A DNA stretch of 64,000 nucleotides from Eledone cirrhosa (Eukaryota), in the NCBI GenBank assembly GCA_964016885.1, contig OZ024743.1, forward strand, positions 146,010,001 to 146,074,000. Reading direction: 5' to 3'. Below, piece by piece: positions 1 to 14,700 of the stretch. Both the position numbers and the translations under genes were made by a program. The first letter of the stretch is position 1. Each line of letters begins with the position of its first letter. The notes under the pieces were generated by a model. It did not search any database and was not told the DNA's origin. It saw only the letters and a list, made by a program, of their open reading frames with translations.

Positions 1-3000
1 TTTTAATGTTGTCATTAATGCTGACAAACGGCCATCTGAAGAGCATGCTGGCTGCTATAATCTGCCTACATACAACGAAATTGCAATTATGCTTGAAGGT
101 CAGCAGCAAAATCCAAGGGACATCGTTCTCACGTGTCGCGACAACACTCTTAAGCGAAACCCACAGATCCTACGACGCGCTACAATACCCCTTGCTCTTC
201 GTGAATGGAGAAGACGGTTACCATTTGGGCATTCACCAGCATAATCCCCATAGACCAGACGATTGCAGCAGCAAACAAGTTTCCTGTATGGAGTTCTTCG
301 CATACTGCTTCATGACCTGAAGCAACTGCCTGAATCATCTCCACAGTTCACGCGAGCTATTCCATCAATTTGCAGTCGACATGTGCGCCAAGATGGAGTC
401 TGAGAGGCTGCGCTTACATCAGGTACAACCAACAAAAGCTGCGTTCAGAGAATTACGTTCACCTTTGAGATGGTATCAAAGTCTGGCAGACTCAGGGCAG
501 GTGTGCATTTTGCCTTCCACTCTCACCAGGGGTCCGCGGTATATGCATGAGAGGACGCAAGACGCCATGACGTGCGCCACTACGGTCGGCCCGACATTCA
601 TTACCTTTACCTGCAACCCCAAGTGGAAGGAGATCGAGGCTGAACTCTTCCAAGGCCAAAAGGCCAAAGACAGGCATGACCTTCTAGCCAGGGTCTTCCG
701 ACTGAAGTTACAGAAACTCATGGACCTTATCAAGAAAGGGCAGGTATTTGGGCTTGTAATAGGCGATATGTACACAGTTGAGTGGCAAAAAAGGGGTCTG
801 CCACATGCCCATATTCTTATTTGGATGTCAACAAAAATGAACTCCATCAACATTGACAGGCTTACCTCTGCAGAACTCCCCAACCCCTCTGTTGACAAAG
901 ACCTCTTTGACATAGTGTGGGCAAACATGGTTCATGGTCCATGCGGGCGTGGATTTAACCTACACTCACCATGCTTGAGAGATTCGGTTTGCAGCAAAAA
1001 ATTTCCGAAGCAGTTTCTTCGAGAGACCCAGACCAGCAAAGACGGATACCCACTGTACAGATGAAGAAAGCCGGAAGATGGCGAGTTTACAGTGCACATT
1101 GGGCCATACAAAGTAGACAACAGGTGGATAGTGCTATAAGGGTTCAGACGCTGCTATGTTTGGCCTGCAGCAAGACGGCAATCTGGACGAAGTTACACAG
1201 TACCAAGTGGGTAGGTACATAAGCAGTAACGAGGCCTTCTGGTGCATTTTTGGTTTCCCCTTGCATCAAAGGCACCCACCCATCCAACAACATGCTGTTC
1301 ACCTTGAAAACGGTCAACGCGTAGACTTCACTGCTTTCACTGCTGCTCGATTGGTTGAGGAACCGAAGGACACTACCCTCACTGCCTTCTTTAACCTTTG
1401 TCAAGTCGATCCATTCGCCCAAACCTTGCTGTATCCACAGGTGCCGTCCTATTACATCTGGGAAAAAAAGAAATGGCAACGGAGGAAGAAGGGTTAAAAG
1501 TTGATGGATACCCTGTCATTAAATTTGACAGTTGCCTCAGGAGAGTTTACACAGTTCATCCAAGCCAACAAGAGTGTTTTTACCTTCGTCTGCTACTTCA
1601 TGAGGTTAGGGTACCAACGTCTTACCAACATTTGAAAACGGTCGGCTTTGAGCTACTTTCAGAGAGGCCTGCTTAAGACATGGACTGTTAAAAGACTGCG
1701 CACAGTGGGATGTTACACTTGCGGAGGCTGCCATTTCACAGTCGCCAAAAAGTCTCAAGGCTCTCTTTGCAGTGCTTCTGCACATTTGCGAAGTCTCAGA
1801 TCCCGTCTCTCTGTGGTTGAAGTATAGAGATGCTCTGGCGGAAGACTTTTACCACCAAGCACAATTGTGGTATCCTAGCCTTGATGCTGCCAGTGACGAC
1901 GTCTACAACTGTGCTTTTATTGATGTGGAAAACAGGACTGTTTCACTGGTGGGAATACTTTGCCAACGTACGGGCTGCTGCAACCAGTATGGACAGGGAT
2001 GGATAACCTTCCGACAGAGCTCATTCTCGAAACAGCCAATGATATTGACGCTCTTGCCCAATACGTCCGTGAAACAGAGCCAAAACTCCTTCCGGGACAC
2101 CAGGGGGCCTACAACACTATTTTCAACCATGTGCGAAACCGGAAAGGGGGAATCTTCTTCCTAGATGCACCTGGGGGGACAGGAAAAACGTTTCTAGCTA
2201 AGCTTCTAGCCAAAGTGAGGTAGCACAAGGACATCGCGTTAACTGTGGCATCCTCTGGTATTGCTGCAACTTTGTTACCCGGCAGTAGGACAGCGCACTC
2301 AGCCTTTAAGCTCCCCCTGAACTTGGCGACATCCGAAACACCGTCCTGCAACATTAGCAAAACTTCGGACAAGGGACTGGTTCTCCGAAGGTGTCAGCTC
2401 ATAGTGTGGGATGAATGTACCATGGCCCATAAACGAGCTCTGGAAGCACTAGACACTACTTTGCAAGACATCAGAGACTGCCAGACTGCGATGGGAGGTG
2501 TCACCCTTCTCCTATTCGGCGACTTCCGACAGACCCTTCCCGTTATTCCCAAGGGAACCAGAGCAGATGAAGTCCGGGCGTGCCTCAAGTCCTCTCCGTT
2601 GTGGCAAAAGGTAACAACGTTGACCATGATAGCCCAACTGGCAGCAGTTTGCTTTGGATATTTTGTCACTTGGTGATGGCAAGATTACCCTCGATGGAGA
2701 TGGCGAATTGTCACTCAGTCCAATTTGTACCACTGTCAACACAGTCGAGGACCTCAAGGCTCGTGTTTCCTAGTCTTCCTGATAACTACCAAGATGTGAA
2801 TTGGTTATGCGAAAGAGCTATTTTAGCTCCAAAAAACAGCACAGTGAACGCTATCAACGAGCAATCTCTTCCCAGAAGGCTGCATATTTACAAGTCCGTC
2901 GATACAGTCCCCGACAAAGACCAAACGGTAAACTACCCTGTTGAATTCCTCAATTCGCTAGAACCTCCTGGACTGCCTCCTCATAGACTGGGACTAAAAA

Positions 3001-3602
3001 TTGGAACTCCAATAATGCTTCTTAGGAATTTGGACCCTCCAAAACTTTGCAACGGCACACGTCTGGTTATAAAGAAGGTAATGCAGCACGTCATTGAAGC
3101 CACCATTATTTCAGGGTGGAAAAGGAGAGGATGTGTTCGTTCCCAGGATACCACTCATTCCATCAGGTGAAGAAATTCCGTTTACCTTCAATTTCCGCTT
3201 CGCATAAGTTTTGCCATGTCTATCAACAAGTCCCAGGGGCAGACATTTTCGGTGGCAGGACTTCATTTGGTAGAATCATGCTTCACACACGGTCAACTAT
3301 ACGTAGGCTGCTCTAGAGTGGGGAGCCAAGGAAGTCTTTTCGCGTACACTCCACGAGGGAAAACAAAGAACATTGTCTACCAAGAGGTTTTACGCCAAGA
3401 TGCCATGTGTGCTCAAACGGACTAACTACTACCTCTATACAATTTCGAATTTACACCTTCATATTACCATCCTTCCTTCAATCAGGTATAAATCAGGAAT
3501 TCAGAAACAACCACAGGCAGAAGAAATGTACAACAAATTATATATATCAAATATATAAGAACCTTAGAGCAAATCCCGAGCAACGCCGGGCCATTCTGCT
3601 AG
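1..3602 (+). mobile_element. Helitron (Rep/PIF1-helicase), degenerate, 5' end outside window
   Basis: Frameshifted ORFs carry Rep motifs TFITFTCNPKW and EWQKRGLPHAHILIW and PIF1 helicase motifs DAPGGTGKT, IVWDECTM, GDFRQTLP, LCNGTRL and SINKSQGQT. The 3' end has a hairpin CCCGAGCAACGCCGGG (3575-3590) and terminal CTAG (3599-3602) followed by T. Confidence 0.95.
381..3425 (+). pseudogene. Helitron RepHel transposase pseudogene
   Basis: ORF fragments 381-1064, 1156-1497, 1960-2223, 2245-2676, 2580-3170 and 3216-3425 are collinear pieces of RepHel broken by stops and frameshifts. Confidence 0.92.
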
Positions 3603-5302
3603 TTCTCTATAATTTGTTGCAAACCATTTGATCAGTTCAGCTTCATCTGATGTATAATTGTGCATTTGCACTTTGTCACTCTTTTGTAGTCTTAAAATTA
3701 GAGAAAATTCAACTTTGCTTTGATACCAGTCATCTATTTATGTTTAATTCCACATAAAGACAAAGATTAGGTCTAATATCAACCCTCCTAAGACAGTAAA
3801 ATTAAATAAATGTAAGACATTTTGTAACACGAATTGAAATTTATTTTTATTAATTCAAATGAAATATAGGCATGATTCAACATAGCTTTTTTTTCCAATA
3901 GAAATATAGATACATAAGGGTTAAATCAAATTCTCATGCCTAAGTCACTTCAATGATGGATGATCTTGTGAAATCCATTTGATGCATGGGTGCCTCCTTC
4001 TAGATATAACCATACTATTTGTACCTTCCTCCCCCAAAGGAAATAATGGATACTGAATTCATAGATTCACCATCACCTTTTACATGTTTTCCCATCGTTG
4101 GATGTCTTATTTTTTTTAGCATAGCCTCCCTCCACATGTCAGGTTCAGTGAGATCTGCTCTCAACTCTTGCTTGGGTTTTCCTCTACTGGAAACTTCCTC
4201 CCAACAATTGTCATACAGATCACATAGCCAGTCTTCTCTGTTGTACCCAGTTTTTCGCTCAGCTCTTCTATGCTTTGCTATTCATGTATATTAACATGCA
4301 TCCATCAAAGCATGCTTGTTTCATTTCTTTCCAGCATTCACTTCCAAGCATCATACAGCCAGTCTTTTGTTAATAGAGGTAATAGCTCTGTGACTTTTTT
4401 CCATCCTGCTCTTATTCTAGCTACTATACTTTCAGAGCCACTTCCTTCACTGCTAATTAGGTCATCTGGGTAACAGATTCTACTTCCATGGGGCCTTCCC
4501 AGGATTAGAAGTTTATTTCATAGGTGCTCATACTACAAATCCTATGTGGTTTAGTGGTTAAGAGTACGGGGTTCACAATTGTAATGTTGTTCCAATTCAT
4601 TCTGCTGGCAAAAATAAGTTGTAGATGTAATTCAAGGGGTCAGCCTTGTCACACTGAATCTCCATGAGAACTGTTTCTATGGAACACTCAATCACTTTCA
4701 TGTAAATAACATACATATCCTCTTTTTTTCTTCTCTTCTACATATTGAGCATGGCCACTTCCTTGATAGGATCAGAGTCTTGGTCTTATTTCTTTGCTAA
4801 CCAACTTTGCATTTGTCTTCTCCATCCAAATACTTGCACTAACTCTTGATATCAAACTGGCCTGAATTTATGAATTAAAACCTTTCACAAGTAATGTTCT
4901 AAATATCAGCTTAATAGAAACAAGGACAACAAAATGGTTAATAAAACTGCTCATACTAATCTAACTCAATCATTATGACACAAACATAGGTTGCTGTCAT
5001 TTTGGGAAATTTTAACTTATTAAGTACAAATTTTATAACCTATAAAAAATTGTATTTATTTTACAAAAAGTGTTTTGTGTGCAACTTTATTTTTTATAGA
5101 ATCACATGCATTGGTTCAAATTCATTTTTCAAGAATTTAAAGTTGTTGAGATTCTTTTAGTAGATAACAGCTTGTGCTCAGTATAACTGAGCATGTAATA
5201 TATGTTCTACAAACACAGTATATCAGAATTTTAATAAAGATTTCCTTCACCAACTGAATGTTTCATAATATATATATATATATATATTATTTATATTTAA
5301 TC

Positions 5303-5754
5303 CTATTGTTGTGTACATTCCACTTTATTGGCATCAGAAGGAGCCTTTACTTCAATAATTTTATGGCGAGGAACAGGTTTACCTTTAGTTTTGTTCATTG
5401 TTTTCTGAGAAGTAGGTGAGGGTGTTGAAAGAGGTTGCTGTTCCGTATTTCCCTCATCGTCAACTGTCTCTATATTACTAGAGATGCTGACTGTTTTCTT
5501 TGCTTTTGGAGTGCCATGAAGAAAGTCAACTGGATTGATAAAACCACAGCGGGCAAGTTCTAATTTTCTTTGCTTGGACATTGGTTGGTTTTCATCAGGA
5601 ACTTTTTGTTCTGGTTTGCAATGTATTTTTTGGGATTTCAATTTATTCTCAGAACAACTTAATGTATTTTGGGATTTCAACTTATTCTCAGAGCAACTTA
5701 ATGGAACCTTTTCAACTTTAGTTTTCCGATGATTTCTCACATCACCCATTTCAT
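5303..5754 (-). CDS. SPDL1: Spindly last coding exon (10)
   Basis: Acceptor taacag|AT completes a phase-1 codon; ends ...[13 protein letters not shown]. Confidence 0.9.
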
Positions 5755-8700
5755 CTGTTAACAAAAGGAAAATATGCCATAAAACCGAAATGAAATAACT
5801 TTAATTCATAAGCACTCAGTACTATATCAAATTTGTGAGTTACAATTGTTGCCAAACTGGTCATCTTAAATAATTAGCATCTAACCATTTGGCATTACAA
5901 TATTAAATTTACATATGTGTGTAAAGGAAAAAAAAAAATCTAGAAAAGAATATATTTGGAATTATCTGATGTCAAAATGAGAAATGATGTGTTAGACATT
6001 TTGCTTTTAATTCTAGACAAAAAACAGGATTTATTCTAATAATCTGATAAAATCCTCACCATTCAAACAATAATTCATGGAAAAGAATTATATTACATTT
6101 GCAGGCATAATGTTGAATATTTTCAAATTAAATTCAATGAATAAAAAGAGAAATTAATATTCTCTTTTAATACGATGACACACGACCATGACCTCTGGCG
6201 TCACGCAGTAATACAGAGTACCCGACCTCCCATGGGTACAAGCTGAAGCATATAGACAATATGCCCCCACACCCTCCCACAGCAAAAAAGCACCCAGCTC
6301 ACACTGTAAAGTGGACATGTAGGCGCCACGGAAAAAAAGCACCTAGTACTCAATGTAAATGAGGTTGGTGTTAGGAAGGGCATCCAGCTGTAGAAATCAA
6401 GCCAAAATCAGTTCCTGTATGAGCAAGGCATGGTCAGCCGACCAGACACTGCCCACAACAGGACAACCCGTGCTAGCATGGAAGAACGTACGTAATATGG
6501 TGATGATGATGAATACATCATTAAAAGTCGTAATAAAAATTAAATTCTGATAAGCTTTCCCATGTTGGACGGTTTGTTACATTTTGGACTAATATTTAAT
6601 CAGAACTACTGCCCTCATAGATGCACCAGAGAACCACATCTCACGTACACTATAGTTTTGGTATTGTTTTTTGACAGTAGGATGCCCTTCCTAATGCTAC
6701 ACTTTCATAATACGATTTGTAAGTTAAAGTTAGTATCCTATAGATTAAAACTTCATAAGATAGTCTGTGTATTCTCAACAAGTCAGAAAAAAATGCAAAT
6801 TTCTAATACCTGGTTTATATTTTATAAGGAGTTCATCAAGCTGTAACTTTAACTTCATGTTGCTGTAACTTAAAGTCTCTACCTTCTCTTCAGCCTGGCG
6901 TAGTTTTTTCATATAACTGACAACTTTATTTGTTTCTTGTATATACTGCATTTCTAGATTGTTCAGTTTTTCTTGCATAATCTCTAATTCCTTCCTGTAA
7001 GAGATAGTTATATATACATTTATATCATCATTTTGAGTTTCCCATGCTGTCATTAGTTGGACATAGTGGCCTTCATAGAGGACTCTTTCACACACATTCT
7101 ATTTTTAGCGTGGTTTATATAATTGGATGGCCTTCCTTAACACCAACCACTCAACAATGCATTGGGTGCATTTTATCATGGCACCAGTACTCAGGAGGTT
7201 ATGTCATCAACAAAACTGAAGAGTCCTCTTTACCTTGTGTGCTCTCCATTTGACCAATCACTTTACAGAGTATACTGAGTATTGTGGCACCAACATAGCT
7301 AAAAAGTTCTTTCCACTCTCTATCAGGGCAAAGTGTGCCTGAGAGAGCATTTTTAAGGAGAGTAAATAACTAAATACATAAACATAGGTTCTGCAACACC
7401 CATATTTTATGATCATAACACGTTAGTCCACATTTAACTAAATATATAAGAACAAGCAAGGAGCAAGCATTTGATTGTATTATGTTAACATATGCACTTG
7501 CATAAACATATCTATGTGATTATATATTGCAACAATTAGAATAAGGATTAGCAGTTTAGCAGGCCTGTCTATTGCATACTACTATTAAAGTTCACTTACT
7601 GCTTATTATTGTTTGCAGAGTCCAGAAAGTCAATTAAATCTTGATTTTCTTTGGTTCCAAATGCCTGTTGAACTTTCAACAATTTGTCATTCTGTTGTAA
7701 CTGAATAAAAACATAAAACATCAAAATGTTTTTCAATAACAATGTGACAAGACATTCATTCATATATGAAACATCCCATTAAATAATAGACATTTGCTTG
7801 AAAGCAAGAACTTGTGACTGAAAATCAATAAAAGCCATTTTCTAATATGTAATTTTATGATTTTTAAAGCTGAATTCCTGAAAATCCATTTTCCTTTATT
7901 ATTCAGCATTTAGATGGTAATTTTTAAATTGTTATTTCTTACATTTGCATGAATTACTGAAGCAGTGTGTACAGTAACTCAGAAGACTCTAGGGACACCA
8001 TCAATGATCCCTTCCCTAACAGTATTGCCAATAGATTGGCAATATATGAGAACAAAATATGAGAACAAAACTTTTGTTCAGTATAGAGCATCTTTTGAGT
8101 GCAGGCATGGCTGTATAATTAGGAAGTTTTTATTGCAGTCACATAGTTCCCAGTCTGGTTCTACAATTGGGTACTTTGGGCAAAACGTTTTCTAATATAA
8201 CCTCAGGTTGACTCAAGCCATATAACAGAAACTGTGCAGAAGTTCATTGGATGAACTGTACCTGATGAGTCATTGTTTTACCATTCTGTCACCAGTCTCT
8301 GCAATGATCATGAGAATTGCTGCTGCTTCTTCTAAACAAGCCATAAAAAAATTGAAAGCTCTTATTGCTCACGCTGCGAGCTCCATCTATCTATGATATC
8401 TACTTACAATTATGTGGATTGAGACATTTACAAACTGCCAATCTTTTGGCTATCGGCCTTTCAACTTTGTCAAGTTCAAACCTCAAAAGAGATGAACACC
8501 ATTAATACTAAGAGCTAGGTGATAAAGTAAGAGATGCAACAGAAACAAGAAGTATATTTTTATGCATTACAGTGGAGTTCATATCATCATCATCATCACC
8601 GTTTAACGTCCATCTTCCACGCTTGCATGGGTTTGGACGGGAATTTTCCCACTTGAGGCAAGATTGGTTGTCTTGCTCGTATAGGACTGTCTGGCCTTCC

Positions 8701-11700
8701 TAACACCAACCACATTTACAGTGTAGACTGGGAGGTTTTTACCGTGTTACCTACACGGCCACATTACAGCGTGGACTGTGTGTTTTTTTTTCATGACACC
8801 TACACGACCTCATTTATTTTGGACTGGATGTTGTGGTACCAACATAGCTTTACATCGAAAGGGGTGGTGTGGATGGTGGGATGGGGGTGTATTTTTGTTA
8901 GAGGTGCCTACTGACTTTAGGTTTTGCTTTGTACTTAGGAAAGGCGGGTCTTCTGTATTACTGTGTAGCGCCAAAGATCTCGGTCCAGTGACATTGTCTT
9001 GGAGAGGTGTAAGTGTGTGAGGTCGGATTTTATCAAGTCATCCCAGGTTTTTCTGGGTCTATATATAAATAAAACAAAATTTGTTTTTGCTCTTAAAATG
9101 GTGGATACCTAAATGTATTCATGAGTGAATAATAATAATATTATTAATATTCGGTTTGTTTGCAAGCAAACAGCCTAATAAACACCATGTGTGTTTTCTA
9201 GACAAACAACTTCATCCTCTTGTTCCAGCAGTAGCTGAGAGCAAACACTTCGAAAAAATTGTCGACTGTTTTCTCTCAGCTACCGCTGGAACAAAGGGAT
9301 GAAGTTGTTCATCTAGAAAACACACATGGTGTTTATGAGACTGTTTGCTTGTAAAAAACCGAATATTAGTAATATTATGATATTATTATTATTATTCACT
9401 CATGAATACATTATATATATATACACACAGGAAAAGGCACCACTGATGCCCTCTTCCTTGTGAGGCAGTTACAGGAAAAGTACCTAGCTAAAAGTAAGCC
9501 TCTCTACCTGGCATTCGTCGATCTGGAGAAAGCCTTTGACACAGTCCCCTGTGTTATAATCTGGTGGGCTCTTAGAAAACTAGGAGTAGATGAATGGCTT
9601 GTGAAAGCTGTACAAGCCATGTATAGGGGAGCAGTCAGCAAAGTTAGGATTAGTAATGACTATAGCGAGGAATTTAGCATACAGGTTGGTGTTCACCAGG
9701 GCTCTGTTCTTAGGCCTCTCCTGTTCATCATAGTTTTGCAGGCAATAACGGAGGAGTTTAAGACCGGATCATCATCATCATCATCGTTTAACGTCCATCT
9801 TCCACGCTTGCATGGGTTTGGACGTGTCCATGGGAACTCCTGTATGCAGATGACCTCGCATTTATAGTTGAATCTATGGTAGAACTAGAGAAGAAATTCC
9901 AAACATGGAAGCAGGGACTAGAAAGAAGAGGTCTCAAAGTCAACCTGACAAAGACTAAGGTCCGTGTAAGTAGACGAGAAAACAGAACCCAGATCCCCTC
10001 ATGGAAATGGCCTTGCTCAGTATGTAGGAAAGGTATAGGTAGGAACTCCATCCTCTGCCCCAAATGCAAACAATGGGTACACAAGAGATGTAGTGGGATC
10101 TCAGGAAGCTTAACTAAGAATGTAGGATTCACATGTAGCAGCTGCGCTGGGACAGCAAGCAGCATACAGCTTCAGGAAACAAGCACCACCAAACTCTGGG
10201 AGAGCTCTGTAGAAACAGTAGACAGCTTCTGCTACCTAGGTGACTGAATTAGCAGCGGAGCTGGGTGTTCGGAAAGTACAATAACTAGGGTAAGAACTGG
10301 ATGGAAGAAGTTCAGGGAGCTACTGCCACTGCTAGCTGCAAAAGGCTTTTCCCTCAAAATGAAGGGCAGACTGCATGATGTGTGTATACGAACAGCAATG
10401 TTACATGGTAGTGAGACCTGGGCGCTGTCTGTCGAAGACTTGCGTAAATTAGAAAGAAACGAAGTCTCCATGCTCCAATGGATGTGTAATAGTAATATAT
10501 GCGAACGGCAAAGCATAAACGAATTGAAAGAGAGAGACAGCATAAGAGGAATCAAATGCTGTGTGCAGGAGAGGAGGTTGCATTGGTATGGACATGTGAT
10601 GCGTATGAAGGATGATAGCTGCATAGAAGTCGATGGAAGCCGCGAAGTGGGGAGACCCAAGAAGACCTGGGATGAGGTGATAAAAGCCGACCGTAACCAA
10701 TTACACTTCACAAAGGCGGTGATACACAACCGTGACCTCTAGCGTCACGCAGTAATACAGAAGACCCCCCCCCCCCCCACACGGGTACAAGCTGAAGCAT
10801 ATAGAAAATATGCCCCCAACTCCTACCACTGCAAAGTGGTCGTGGAGGTGCCACAGAAAAAAAGCACCAAGCCCACACTATAAAGTGGACGTGTAGGCGC
10901 CATGGAAAAAAAGCACCCACCATTCACTGTAAATGAGGTTGGTGTTAGGAAGGGCATCCAGCTGTAGAAATCAAGCCAGAACCAGTTCCTGTATGAGCAA
11001 GACATGGTCAGCCGACTGGCTACTGCCCACAACAGGACAACCCATCTAACCCATGCTAGCGTGGAAGAACGGACGTAAAACGCACGTTTTTATGGACAGA
11101 TACAGGAAATCTTTAACCTTTAACTTACCTCATGTTTTTCCATACTCTTAATCTTTTCTTGCAACCGCTTAATCTCATGCTGTGACTGTGTTAATTTACT
11201 ATTCAGATACTCCAATTCAGTTTCATTACCTTTGCTGGAGTTCATCTGATATAATGACATAGTTTGCATCTGTTGATATGAGAATGAGAGAATCATTAAA
11301 ACTCATACTCTAAAAAGAATAAATAAAAATACAAAGTGTATAAAATATACACAATTTTTTTTATTTAAAGAAATAATTTCATATTAAATTACTTTTCATA
11401 AGATTTGGGTGACATTGAAAATAATTAGGATATCCAGTTAGGTAGTTAATGAATAATGGGAACATTTGAAATGTTTTACATACAAAGAAAAGAGTTTGTC
11501 CTGCACTGTCATAAAACAACAGGTAAACATTCTACTCTTGTTTAAATGTTAATTTAAATTTATAAAACATTAAAAAAATATTATTCTGTACTTTGAGTTT
11601 ATAATTTTGCTGCTTTTCCAAATTGTATTTTTCTTTCAAAGCTTGGTAATTCTCTTGTAAAGTTGCTAACATTTTCTCAGCTGAAACTCGACGATCTTCC

Positions 11701-14700
11701 ACCTAGTAAGAAAATAATTTGTATTTTTTATACATATGAAATTAAAAAGGAAATGTCTCCTTGTATGATACAGTTAAATTTGTGCACCAGTGCATTTTCC
11801 AGATAAAATGAGAGGGCCGGACACAGAAGTTTTACTCAAAGGTAGCTTGGAATAAATTAATAAAAACAAATCTAGGCTTAATTATCAAGGACATGTCTTA
11901 AAAACACAAATTTAGCTTGCTGTGCTGATTTAACCAGATTCAGTACTTCAATTCTGGAAAATACCCACTTCATCATGTCTATTACAAACAATATGATATT
12001 ATCTCTAATAACTTATTTAAAAAACATATCACAATTACAAGCTAAACAATAGTATGTATTACTGAGTAAATCTTACCAAAACTGTTGTTTGGGACTACAG
12101 GTAAAAAGTTTAATTTTGATATCAACAATAACAACACAGATATGCTTATCTTCTATCTTCCAGTCTGGAAGGGTCTGTAAAATTTATAAACACTGCCTTC
12201 TCAACTCAGACAAAAAAGATTTGATTTTAAAAATGTTGATCTAAAATAAATATCTATATATCTGTTTAATATACAATTTTGAACAACCTTTAGACTGTAA
12301 AGATTTGAACATTCAGTTCCATACCTCTGCTGTCCTTTCAAAACCTTATCACTAAAATCAAACCCTTCAAGCTAACATTTATTTACACTATTTATATATT
12401 TGGTTGGAATCAGTAAAAGATAAAGCTCTCGCCTATTTAGCAGTGCAACAGCACTTTTACACAATATGGGCACAAATATTGTTTAGTTAGATCAACAATT
12501 ATGTTAACCCTTTTGATAACAAATTGCATAAGTTCTTGATTCTATGATATAAAACTGTTTATATCTATTTAAAAACCTATCATAATTTTATGTAAAGTCC
12601 TTTGTTAAGATATGTTCCAAATACCAACTTAATAATAAGAAAATTTGTTATATTACTAAATCCCTTGATTATTATCAAAAATATAGACGGCGTCTTTCAT
12701 TAGACATTAGAAATAAAACAAAAAGGATTATCAAAATTATAGACAGTGTTTTTCATTAGGCATTAGAAATAAAACAAAAAGGCAAATCTTTTGTTGTAGT
12801 TGGTTATTCGAAGGGGGATAACCGCAACTTTCACCAGTTTTTGAGCTCCATTGATTCCAATTTTACTTTCTCTTTAGTTATTTACTAAAGCCCTTCAAAA
12901 TGTTTTGAAAATTAAAGGCAGTGTTTTATTAGAAACATGGTAGCAAATTCAATGGATCATACTAGAACACCTTTAAATATTGCTCACACTTTCTCAAACA
13001 CTAGAACAATGTTTTTACAAACAGTTTTGTATGGAGAGAGAAATGGCGATATCAGTTCTTTCCTCATACAAAGCTTGAACCTTTCTCACAATCTATTCAT
13101 TTGTAATTGATTCTTTACTGTTAAATAAAAAAATGTTCTTCACCTCAGAGAAAAGAGAATTGCCTCTGTCTTTTCGGCTCATGTTCTCCACCTGGGCAGC
13201 ATATAGTTGTGCTTTTAAGTCAAGGATGTCTCTTTGAGATAGCTAGATTAAGAGAAATGTACATATTATATAATCAAGTTAATGGAAAATGTGAATATAA
13301 TATAATTATAATGACAATGATATGACAGTAACGTTTCATAAAACTAAGCTGACTGCAATTTAGGATTTATAACCATAGATGGGATGGAATGTTCTATTTC
13401 AATGTATAGTTTAAATTTTGTTTCCCAAGTTAATTTACAAACTGAATTCAAAATACACAAAAGCATGTGCAATACAATAAAACAATTATGATTTATTAAA
13501 TTGGTAGTCGTCATTATCATCACCACTGTTTAAAATCAATTTTCCATGCTTGTATGGGTTAGACGGCTGTCAACATGCTGGGGCCAGATTGGTCAAAGAC
13601 TAGGCTCTGATCATACGCTTTGATCCATCTTGGTTTCTACAGCCGGATGCCCTTCTGAATGCCAGTCAGTTTACAGTGTGTAATGGGAGCATAGTTTATA
13701 CAGCTTGAAGCCCTTCCTAACACCAACGACTTTACAGAGTATACTAGGAGCATAGTTACTACAGCTGGAAGCTCTTCCTAACATCCCCCACTTTACAGAG
13801 TGCACAGGGAACATTTTATCGTGACTCTGACACTACCACCTAACAAGAGAGACTAGGTGCTTTTTGTTGTGACACCAACACACAGGATGGGCTAAGTGCT
13901 TTTGTAGTGGTATTTCAGTTTCCTTTCTAAACTTAGCTGCCATATCTATTTCTCTTATCCTGGTGAGAAACTACTTGTTTGATTGGTCAGCTACTATTGT
14001 TGCTGGTGGAGAGGGGTCAAGTGGGTAGTTTCAGGTGTAGGTAGGAGAGAGGATGAGAAATAAGACTTCAGAAGAGAAAGAAGAAAAAAGGCACATGCCA
14101 TGGTCATGGACAAGAGAGATTGTAAAAGAGAAAATAAGCTTTAGGGATGAAGGACAAGATAGAAAAGTGGAAATATATACGAGGTGTGTCAGAAAAGTTC
14201 CAGGACTGATGTCACAAAAGATTTATTTCAAACCCAAACTTCACACAAGAGTTTTCTCCTTCAAAGTAATGCCCCTGGAGTATGTAACTGTAATCTTAGC
14301 TCTCTGCAGTGATCAAACTTTTTTCTTCATAATTTTATATACATCTCTGTTTCAAGTCGTCAAGCAATGAGCACAGAGTAACGAACAAACTTGAAAACTC
14401 CATCAGAAGCACTGGGATTGCTCCAGCAAGTGTATGGAGATGAGACGATGTCATGCTCACGTGTTTTTGAGTGGTGCAAGAAGTTTAAAGAAGGACGCGA
14501 GGACGTGGAAGATGATCCCAGGAGCGGAAGGCCCTCAACAACCAGGACTGAGGTCAACGTTGAGCGCGTCAGGCAGATGGTGCGTAACGATCATCAGCTG
14601 ACTGTTCGACTGATGGCAAATGAGCTGGGCATGAATCGGGACAGCGTCTGGAAGATTCTCACTGAAGATTAAGACATGCGGAAAGTCTGCGCGAAGATGG

